A stretch of DNA of 64,000 nt from Azolla caroliniana (Eukaryota > Plantae > Polypodiophyta): NCBI GenBank assembly GCA_043228905.1, contig JBHGNT010000012.1, forward strand, positions 1,054,001-1,118,000, given 5' to 3'. The notes below the pieces were generated by a model. The model was not told the DNA's origin and made no database searches. It saw nothing but the letters and a program-made list of their open reading frames with translations. Every line of letters begins with the position of its first letter. The first letter of the stretch is position 1. A program made the position numbers and the translations under genes. Positions 12,501 to 24,500 of the stretch are shown here, in pieces.

Positions 12501-15500
12501 TTATTTCTTCTGGCTCACTTGGACCTGAATTGCTTTCATTTAGGTTAGTTGCAGATCCTCCATCAGAAAAAACTTTAACAGGTTCGTCCAGTCTTTCTGA
12601 CGATTTTATTTCATTTGAGTCTTCCATTGTGTCGATGCATGCAAGACTATTTAATGTCCTATCAACTGAGCCACATTCCTTTAGTCTAGATTTATTGCTC
12701 ATTGTCCTTATTTCTTCTGGCTCACTTGGACCTGAATTGCTTTCATTTAGGTTAGTTGCAGATCCTCCATCAGACACAAGTTTTACAGGTTCATCCAGTC
12801 TTTCTGATGATTTTATTTCATTTGAGTCTTCCATTGTGTCGATGCATGCAAGACTATTTAATGTCCTATCAACTGAGCCACATTCCTTTAGTCTAGATTT
12901 ATTGCTCATTGTCCTTATTTCTTCTGGCTCACTTGGACCTGAATTGCTTTCATTTAGGTTAGTTGCAGATCCTCCATCAGAAAAAACTTTAACAGGTTCG
13001 TCCAGTCTTTCTGACGATTTTATTTCATTTGAGTCTTCCATTGTGTCGATGCATGCAAGACTATTTAATGTCCTATCAACTGAGGCACATTCCTTTAGTC
13101 TAGATTTATTGCTCATTGTCCTTATTTCTTCTGGCTCACTTGGACCTGAATTGCTTTCATTTAGGTTAGTTGCAGATCCACTATCAGAAAAAACTTTAAC
13201 AGGTTCGTCCAGTCTTTCTGACGATTTTATTTCATTTGAGTCTTCCATTGTGTTGATGCATGCAAGACTATTTAATGTCCTATCAACTGAGACAAATTCC
13301 TTTAGTCTAGCTTTATTGCTCATTGTCATTATTTCTTCACCTTCCTTACTGATGAACTCCAAAGATCTGGTGCCTTGAATAGTCCGAACATTAGGAACAA
13401 CCAGATTATGCCCCTTATCAACAATATCACCTTCCTTACTGATGAACTCCATAGATCTGGTGCCTTGAATAGTCTGAACATTGGGAACAACCACATTATG
13501 ACCTTTATCAACAAGAAACTCCTGATTTTCTTCCAGATGTTTAGTTCTTCCACTTCCAATGCTGATATCTTTCAGAAAGGATAAAACAGTAAACCCAGGC
13601 TTTGATGACTTTGAAGATGATAGCAAGTTTTGTATCTGGCTTTCCCACATGGTGGAGTATTTTGAGAGGGTTCTTTGTATCTTATTGAGTTGTAGAATAT
13701 CAACACATGGTTGATATGCTCCATGTCCTGGCTTGGTCTCTTGCGGTTGATATGCTACATGTCCTGGCTTGGCCCCTGTCAAAGCTATCTAAAATACAAG
13801 AAGGGCTCAACATTACACAAGTTTTTGCATTTTTAAATAAAGTGTAGACAACATTTTCACTTACTCTAAAGCCCTCCTTCTGTGTTGACAACATATTTTC
13901 CAACTCTAAAATACTATTCTGAATCTCGAGAACTTCCCCAACATTTTTAATTTCGTTCTCCTTAATACGTTGCAGACGATTTGAAATAGATTTGAAAAAT
14001 GCATTCCCGTTCTCTTCAATCTACAAAAACATGTCTAAACATTAATGAAGATTTCCAAACTCTATGACCAACTGGAAATATTTACTATCAATCATAAAAC
14101 TTTGAATATTTACTCTCAAGTTTCATGTTTATTTAAGTGTTAGCCACCAGACATTTCCTTCATACATGAAGGTATCTTTGATACGTTACATGCCATAACC
14201 ATCCAAAGTGATGTTCACACTTTTGCCTTATCTAAGTTTTATTTGTTCTTTATTTTCCAGATACAATGAAACGTTTCCAACAAACTTCAATATTAATTAT
14301 AGAAAAATACAAGAATATGGCATAGGTAGTAAAGAGAACAATGAAAGGCCTCACATATAGCAACCTTGTCAATATATGTGCATGTTTGCTCTATTGTCAA
14401 ATATTTTTTAGTATGGAATAAGGAGATTTCTAAGCATATGTTCACCAAAGGTAGAACTCTGAGTTTATGTAAGTTACGTGCTTGGTAGCGAGACTACTCT
14501 GTAACTGAAAGTGAATTATAATGAATAACTGGACAAGTATGAATCAAATAAATCAGCCGACCTACCAATCTTTGATACCTTTCACGATCAACTTTCTCTC
14601 CTGCAATCAAATAAATCTGGCATTGCATCCAAATGACCTTTCCTCATGCATGTAGCGTACTTACCACACTTACTGTAAATGAATAACTGGACAAGTATGA
14701 ATCAAATAAATCAGCCGACCTACCAATCTTTGATACCTTTCACGATCAACTTTCTCTCCTGCATCCATATGACCTTTCCTAATGCATGTAGCGTACTTAC
14801 CACACTTACTGTAAATGAATAACTGGACAAGTATGAATCAAATAAATCAGCCGACCTACCAATCTTTGATACCTTTCACGATCAACTTTCTCTCCTGCAT
14901 CCATATGACCTTTCCTAATGCATGTAGCGTACTTACCACACTTACTGTAAATGAATAACTGGACAAGTATGAATCAAATAAATCAGCCGACCTACCAATC
15001 TTTGATACCTTTCACGATCAACTTTCTCTCCTGCAATTTCAGTTAACTTGATCTTTGGGTCAATTGGAGAAGCTACAGGCCTACAACCCAACATTCCAGT
15101 TTCTGTGAGAAGATCTAATACATATCTTTGCTGAGATAGAACAACTCCTGCCCCACGAGCTACCTCAATTCCAAGAAAGAATCATAGCAATCCTAGATCC
15201 TTCACCTCAAACTCTTTACCTAGTTGTACCTTTAGTTGGGCAATTTCTCCTTCATCATTACCTGTGATAATTATATCATCCACATAAACAGCAAGTAATG
15301 TAGTATGCTCCTTGTGTTGTCGAAAAAACAATGTATGGTCCGCATTGATCTGTTAGTATCCCATACCCACCATAACCCTTCTTAACCTATCGAACTAGGC
15401 TCGAGGAGATTGCTTCATTCCATAAAGCGACCTCCCTTAGTCTACAAACCTTGCCTACTGTTTGAATTGTACCAAAAACTGGGGGGACATCCATGTACAC

Positions 15501-18500
15501 TTCCTCCCATCAACTCTCCATGAACGAATGCATTTTTTTACATCTAGTTGATGTAATTTCCAATCCTTATTCATTGCTAAGGAAATAAGCGTTCTAATAG
15601 TGCTCAGGTGCAAAAGTCTCATCATAATCAATGGCATATGTTTGACTATATTCCTTAGCTACTAATCGTGCTTTATAACGATCTATTTTGCCCTCTGGGG
15701 TCTGTTTTATTGTAAACACCCATTTGCTCACAACCGCCTTCTTTCCTGGTGGTAATGATACAATCTCCCAAGTTTTGTTCTTCTCAAGAGCTCCAAGTTC
15801 TTGCATAGCTGCTTTCCACTTTGGATCTTCTTTAGCAACCTGCCAACACTTGGGTAAAGTGATAGAGCCCAATGATGCAATGGATGCTTTGTGTAGCTGA
15901 TATGCTAGAACAAGAGATAAACTAAGCAATATCATGAAGAAAACCATAACGATCAGGAGGGACTCTTGCATTACTGTGGGAGGTCCTCCTAACCACTATA
16001 GGAGGAGAGGAAATCACCGGTGATTTCTAGGTTTGGGAGTTCTATAGGTATTTCATAAATCCAGGCAAGTCGGGACATGAGACTTGATGGCACAAGTGGC
16101 ACTGCAGACGTGTTCATATTTCCTTCCTTCTGCCTCTTCTTCCAGGTATACACCTTTAGCTCCCCCTCAGCTTGAGTCCCAACACATACAGGTTCCTCGT
16201 CTTCTTTTCCTTCTGCTTCCTCATCTCCTACGCTCACTTGTTTCTCAGCTAGTGTAGGGATCTTATTTTTAGCAACCTCTCACCATTATCTCCTTCCCTC
16301 ATATTTTCAGTCTCAATTAAGTCGTCAAAGGGTGAAGTTACTTCTTGTTTATAATACAGCTCCGACTCTCGGAAATGGACATCCATGCTCACAAATAATC
16401 TCTTCTCCATTGGACTCCAACAAACGTACCCCTTTTGTGTAGTAGAGTATCCCAAAAACACACACATCCAAACACCTTCAAAGGAAGGATCCCAGAGTTA
16501 TCTCCTTGCAACAACTCACATGGAGACTTCCACTCCAATACTCTAGAGGGCATTCTATTGATCAATGTGGCAGCCGTCAAAACCGCTTGTCCCCATAGCT
16601 GCTTTGGGACATTCATAGAAATCATCATGCTTCTTGTTACCTCTAGAAGATGTATGTTCTTCCTCTCAGCTCCTCCATTTTGTGCTGGTGTATATGGGCA
16701 TGTAATTTGATGTTGTATTCCTTGATCTGACAGGTATTAGACCTCAACACCTTTACTACTGCACCATATTGAGTTTGAACAGCTCTATGAAAATCTTTAA
16801 AGCAAGCAAATACTACATTCTTATTTTCCATCAAATATAACCAAGTAACACGAGAGAAGCAGTCAATGAAAGAGACAAAATATCTACATCCATTAATAGA
16901 ACTTGTGGAACACGGTCCCCAACCATCAGAGTGTATCACATCAAACGCATGGGGACTCCTATGACCTGAACTAACATACAGGCTTTTCGTAAGCTTACCA
17001 AATTCACAAACAAGTTTCGATTTATCAGCCTTCTCAAAAAGGTGTGGATACACCCGACTCAAAACCCCATAAGAGGTATGTCCCATACATTGGTGGTAAA
17101 GCATCAACAAGCCCTCACAACTCATTTTAGATGCCCTTACATCTATTCCCTCTACCATAGATGCTAATGCTGAATCCAGCCCTTCACGATCCAAATACCA
17201 TAGTCCATTATGCCATGTGCCAGTTCCAAGTCTCCAACATGTCCCTTTTTCCTGGAATGTTAACTTGGGAATATCAAAAGAAACAAAACATTTCAGTTGG
17301 AGTATGATAGAACTTACGGATAATAGGTTTACTTGGAAAGAAGGAGCTTGCAATGCATTAGACAATGTCACAGAGTTGGTACATTTCACTGTACCTATAC
17401 CCAACTATAGGTTGTGTTGTACCATCAACAGTTTGAATGCTCTATGGTATTGCTAAGTGAGTATATGAGGAGAACTTGCTAGCATTAACCATCACATGCC
17501 TAGATGCACCAGAATCAATTATCCATTATGGTGTAGAGGCAAGAGTATGAGGGTTACTAGTACCTTTGGCTGAATAAGCATAGGTAGCAACATTAATACG
17601 GCTCTTTGCTTCCTCAGTTTTTCTAAGAGAGCTCGATCCTCTTCAGTGAACACCACCTTAACTCCTTCCTCTTTTTCTGCTACCATCAGGTTTGCCCAGT
17701 GACCTCCTCTTCCACCTCTTCAGCCCCCGCGACTGCAACCTCTAGTTTGTCCACATCCTCCATATTCTAGAAGTCGAGGTGATGGTTGTGTTCCCATCAC
17801 ACCTCCAGACGCTACAATCTCAGCCTGCTTCATGTATTTCCCCAACGTTTTCACCTGATCCTCGTTCAATTTTGACAACACCTCATCCATCTTCTCAACC
17901 TGGACTATCTCTTCTCTCCTCTCCTCTTCTAACTTCTTTTCTAAAGTCACCTCTCATTCACATAGCACTGTCATCCTCGAAGGAGAAGCCTCCCTTTCCT
18001 CTCTTGGGTGCTAGGACAATTGTTATACCAGCAAAGGGATGGATCTAGGGTTTTGCAAAGGGACAGATCTAGGCTCTGATACCATATTGAAAAAAGAGAA
18101 AAACACCTTTATTCTCAAGAATATACATATATGTCACAACAGGAGAGAAAAACACAGAGATCACTTTTTACATGAGGAGAAGGTTCCTCTTAAAGGCCAA
18201 GATCTGGCTGTTGGGATAACTAGCTGTTGGGGCTGACTAGCCGTTGGGCTAGCCGTTTTGACTATAACTTTAATCATTCTTAACAAGCCTTGAAATAGAA
18301 AATGAGATACCCCTCATAAGACAAATGAAGAGTTTTGAGTATATGACCTCATGTGTGGCAGGCTGTCACTCAAGGGTAAAGCTGAAGATAAATTTCCTAC
18401 TCGTTTGAAGAGGATATTGATCCTCCAATAACATTCTAAAAAAATAGGGTAAGGAGCCTTAAATAGAAAAATAATATTCAAGAAACAAATCTTAACTGGC

Positions 18501-21500
18501 CCAGTCTGCGTCTGTGTAGGACAACTGTCACACCAGCAGAGGGATGGATCTAGGGTTTTGCAAAGGGACAGACCTAGGCTCTGATACCATATTGAAAAAA
18601 GAGAAAAACACCTTTATTCTCAAGAATATACATGTATGTCACAACAGGAGAGAAAAACACAGAGATCACTTTTTACATGAGGAGAAGGTTCCTCTTAAAG
18701 GCCAAGATCTGGCTGTTGGGATAACTAGCTGTTGAGGCTGACTAGCCGTTGGGCTAGCCGTTTTGACTATAATTTTAATCATTCTCAACAAGCCTTGAAA
18801 TAGAAAAATGAGATACCCCTCATAAGACAAATGAAGAGTTTTGAGTATATGACCTCATGTGTGGCTGGCTGTCATTCAAGGGTAAAGCTGAAGATAAATT
18901 TCCTAATCGTTTGAAGAGGCTCTCGATCCTCCAATAACATTATCAAAAAAAAGGGTAAGGAGCCTTAAATAGAAAAATAATATTCAAGAAACAAATCTTA
19001 CATGCCTTGAGTGTGCAGAACTCTTAAAAAGTTAGAAATCGGAACTATCAGTGCATTTTCTTGATAATTTTCACAAATTCGGCCATGTATCTACTTCCTC
19101 TTGTATTATACATTGAAGACATAATGAGGTTAATATTTCGGTAAGCTGTATGAAATTTCCCGAGGTTATTGAGTTTCAGAATTTTAATGCCTGCAGGATG
19201 TAGGATGTAGGATGTAGAATGTGTATGCTAAAAGGGGGAAAAGAAAATATTAAATGGATTCTCAGCTTGCAAACTAGGATTTCCTTGGCCATTATCCACT
19301 GACAATAACACAGATCTTAGACATAAAAATATCCACGTAATATCATAGGCAGAAAAAGAAAAAGTGTCAGACCCTAGATATAGCAACAATCAAAGGAAAA
19401 TACCTCTTTAAATTCCTTCTGCAGCCAATCTTCATGCTCTGAGTAATTGAACTCTAACTTTGATGGAGGCAGATTGACAGAGTACACATTAGCAGGAGCA
19501 TATCGAAAACAAGCTATCATGTTTCCAAGCCTACAACCATCACAAATGTGTTTAGTATCTATCATTCTTCATGCATTCTCATATTTGCAGAATAAATGGA
19601 CTATGTAATAATATTGTTACCCATAAAATCTAAGACAATGATGATGGACAGAATGTCCACATGATGCTAGTCTACTTGCTGCTGCATGTTTAGAGAAGTT
19701 CAGCTCAAGGAACTTGCCAAACGATAAGTCACAAGCAGAATTTGACATCACTACTCTTTGACTACATTGAGGTACCCTATCAATCCATGGGCACTTCAAG
19801 CATCGGTACCACATCCATATTTTACCTCCATCATCTCCAGGTAAAGCTGAATTCTGCCTGTGCACAAATATTGTTAAACTTCCTTGTTGATGGGTGTAAC
19901 AGTCAACATGCTCCTCTTTTGTATGCTGACAGAATGGACACCTGTAAGTCTGTCATACAATTAAATCGATCATACATGCCACTCTTTCACCGGTTGCCAT
20001 TGACAAAGATAACATTGAGACACAACAGAAGCTAGCAGAACACAAACAATTGGAACTTAAAATGACCTTATCCATAAAATTCAAACCAATACCGTGGTCA
20101 AAATATTGCCTTTTAAAAATGTCCCAAGAGGCTCGTCAAATGTACCATAGTAAATTATTCTCCGCAAATCTCCTCTTTGACAAACAATCCCTTTCTTCAG
20201 AATGCTAGAAAATGAAAGCAGGATACTCTGATCAGATGGAGAGGGAGAATATTCCTCATGAGACAATTTTGGCACATGACCATGTTGATTATTGGAATCA
20301 GATACATGATCAAGTTCTAATGAAGAAAATCCTCCATTCATAGCTTTTGATTGTTTATCTGTTGCCTTAAGTTCAGTCGAATTATCTTTGATCTGTACAT
20401 GATCTTCAGTGATGCCACCAAATTCGGAAGATCTTTCTTCCATTGGGAAAGATTTATTATCAGAAAGCAAGTTGTTTGAACCAACTGATGAGATTGGAAC
20501 GCCTGAAACTGGCAAATTTCCTGATGGCACATCAAGAACAACTTGTGATGTAGATGCTGAGAAATCGGGAACCTTTGAAATGGACTTCTCTGACTTTGAT
20601 TTCTTGTTTGGGAGAGCAATCTTCAAAGGTAAGTAATGATGAAATTCAACTAAATTTGCACACTCATCAGCAAGAAAAGAGGTTTCTAATGCCAAATTGT
20701 AAACTGCAAAAACTGCACGTTGAACTACCGCCTTCAGTTTTTTTAATTCCTCCTTCGTTGACCCATGGAGTAAAACCTGAAAGCACAATTATCGCAGCAA
20801 ACTACCGTTAAAAAGAAAAGTTAAATAACAAGACTCAATATAACAGATCTTGGAAATCATATACAAAGAGGTAATAAACGGTTAGCACTGCCTACCGAGT
20901 AGCTCCTGTCAAATTATAACAGAACTGGTCATGCTTTATATGTAGTAAGTTTATCGATATATATGTTCTTTAATGAGGAACAATCTCCTCATCAAATTCC
21001 TGTGCCAGTTAAATATAGCCCCCACAATTTCACTCTATCAATTTATAATCCATCTATCTAAGCAAGCATACAATCAATTTGAAAAGATTGCGACTGTCGA
21101 ACAGTGTTTGATGCAAGAAAGGAACAAATGGGTGGTATATAGAGATGGTAACATGATTATTACATAGAAGAGTGCCATGTGACGGTCTATGCCCTATGAG
21201 GCCTTACGCATGACTACGTTGAATTGCAATGACTCTCTAAGGACAGATGCCAGGTAATTTGAAGGCATTTTCAAGAACACAGATATTACTATGCTTACAA
21301 AGACCCATCAATGCATGGCTGGTAAACTCCCTGATTTACAAGGATATAGATGGGAGTCACGATGTCATCCCCAACCACAGACACTATGAAGCACTAGAGG
21401 CTCTGCAGGAGTGGCTGTGTTGTACAAAAAGGAGCTCATTGATATAGGGTATGTTATGCTGTAGATGGGTGTCTTATGTGCATAAGAATCAAAAGTGGGC

Positions 21501-24500
21501 ATCTTAGGGAACTATATATTGCAATTTCTACTTTCCACATGCTTACTCAAGGTTTACAACTCTCGGAGAATCGCCATATCTACAATTATATCATGATATA
21601 AGGTTTTCTATTATGGAGGACATAATACTATTAGGAGACTTCAATGCACGAACTAAGGTTAACAAACAACTATGTTTGACACCAATGAGGCTGTTTATAG
21701 AAAAATTATGGCAGAAGATTTGGTCTAAATCGACAAGCTCAAGATATGAGTGAAGTAACAGAATATGGCAAACATTTTCTAACCTTGGGATGTGCATGTG
21801 GATTTGTGATATACAATGGATTGCCACAATGGCCCAAATCAGATGCTTTGACATATTGGAACCCAAAAGAAGGTGCAAGCAGTCCACTACCCGATGGGAT
21901 CTCCATCTATTATATCTGACATAACGGAAACAGGAATTATGACAAGATACTTCCCTGACAACTTCCAATAGCTGTCACACATGCATACCCAGCTGACAGA
22001 TATCAAGAAAAGGAACCAAGATTAATGGCAGTAATAAGAACTCAATATTGAAATTTAATACATGTGGAAGGTAGAAGATCATAAATCATTGATATAGACT
22101 CGTACTTCACAAGGTTATCAATTATTAGGAAGTAACTCATTTATATGTTTACAGGTTTAGTGAGAGAGAAACTTGTTTCTACACCACTATAGACATGTAT
22201 TCAGACTTAGAGTCATCATTGAGCGGGGCAATGCACATGAAAAGAAGGTAAATTGCTGCTTCACCAAATTCCATGTGGTTCTATAAGACATTGATATGCA
22301 GAAGGACATGCAATAGGATTTTAGACATAATACAAATCTGCCACAGCTAGAGTTTGGGGCACTGGGAGATGTTGAATCCAATGAACGGTAATATTGTTGC
22401 AAAACAAGGCTGTCCACTTGCCCACACTTTTCAGACTATGTACGATGATGAGGATTCAAATTATGGCAACAGATGGAGCCAGGAGGTAGCCTTGCAGGAC
22501 TTTCAATGCCAATATTATTGTATGCAAATAACATTGTACTGATTCGAGATTCACAAAGGAACTAAACACCCATCTACAAACGCTAGAAACTTTCTGCATA
22601 CATAGAGACTTTGAAATGAATATTCGGAAAACTATGTATTGGTATGTAACACAACATGAGCATGAATTACTAGACAAGAACACCAATTCAAATATCAAGA
22701 ACTGCTAGTTGAGTATGTAAAATCATGATCGAGTCATCTATCACATTAATTATCAGAGCAGAACTAGAAGCTACACCAGCACATAAGCCCTCTTCGAAAT
22801 GATTTGACTTTCAGCAGATATTGTAGGAGTCCCAACAGGTACCTACGACTGCCACTTAACTTGTAAAAACATCTAGCATGAGGAGATACCAGCCTGAAGT
22901 TTCGTGCCATGGACAATGATGAGTTTCCCCTTTCCAATACAGATTTGACAGCCCCATTTAGGATCTCAACCACACAGAACCGAGCCATATCATCAAAATG
23001 GGCATTGCAAAGCTGGATATAGAACAGGCTTGGATAAAACCACCAGTCCCCGTAGGCACAAGGATAGAACATCACAAGAATAACATCCTGGAGATATCGC
23101 ATGTGTTTGCCACATGCCATAGCTACATGCCTCGGAACAAATTATCATCTCGATATGAACTCAGAGGAGCATACAACATCTTCTCCTGCCCTCGCAGGTG
23201 CTTCCCTCGCGTTGGAGACCTCTCCAGTCTGGATCGACCTATGCTAGAGATCTTTTGAAGAAAAAAATTATAATATATCTGACATGAGAATCTTACATGT
23301 ATCGATAACAAGATTCTTTAGTCTCTTTTTATCTTATTTACTTTTTTCACTTAGTAACATTTATTTATTTTGATTTGGTGTTCTCAATGACGAGACAACA
23401 CTTCAGATGAAATCTCTTGTTTGGTCTTATAGGCCATTTTGACCTCTTAAAAGACATTAGTATATCTTTCTTTCTTTAGGAAAGGTTTTGAACCCTTATA
23501 AAATCATGGAATTTGAGGACCAGATGTACTTGGAACTCTCCTTGCTCAAACTTCAACGCTACCTAAAGAAACTGTTGAGAAGCAACAGAATATATCTACC
23601 AAGGGACAGGACACAAGTGAACTGAGCCAACCCAGAAACGCTACCAACTTCTTCATAGCCACAGCTCCACAAACGTCCATCCCTATTTAAACACCCTCAA
23701 GGGGTCACAACACTCCATGGCACTACACAGCCACAACCTTGCCACAACCTCACTATCTAAAAAGAGACAAAAGCCATCATTGTCTGCCGTAGGAGTCAAC
23801 GAGGGACATAATGAGATCACACCTCAATTCTAGCTTTTAATTTGTTTATAGACTATATACCATATTTATAGTATCCGGTTCATATATTTGTAAACATGTT
23901 TTTGGTCTCATAGGTCATTTGGCCTTTTGTAGATGATAATATTACTTTTCTACTTTCCATTTTTTTTTACAAGATATATCCACAAGCATGCAATTATATT
24001 CATTAAAAACCATTCCTAACCATGCATTCATCATTATGACCAGCAGTTAAACAGGCTGGTGACTCAGGTCATGCCAAAACCAATTACGAACCAAGCCCAA
24101 ATGTGACAAAAATCAATTTAGCACATCTTAAGAGAAAGTTGTACTTCTCAATCAAGAAAAGCGAGCATACATTCATAGGCCATGTTAGTTTAAACTGGAT
24201 ATACTGACCGTGCAGGCAAAAGGTTTGGGGCAATTCTTGAAGAACATGAGAGTCTTTGATGACTCTGTAACCTCATTGGAACCTTTGATATGCTTTTCTA
24301 TATATTTCTCAACATAAAAATGCTCACACTGCCCAACTGTTATTGGGTTCCTGTTTATTAAATCTCCAAGAGTCTCAATGATAGTAGCATCTGTGCATCT
24401 GGCAATTTGTTCTAATAAAGATTTCTTAACATTGACGACCAAAGAAATATCTTTCCCCAGGGCCCACTCCTGAGCTTGACGTGAAACAGCATTTCCAACC

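Noticed and set aside
11651-13378. 575-aa plus-strand ORF
   Set aside because: Antisense shadow of the FAB1 207-bp array; one stop-free unit repeated eight times gives a long ORF automatically.
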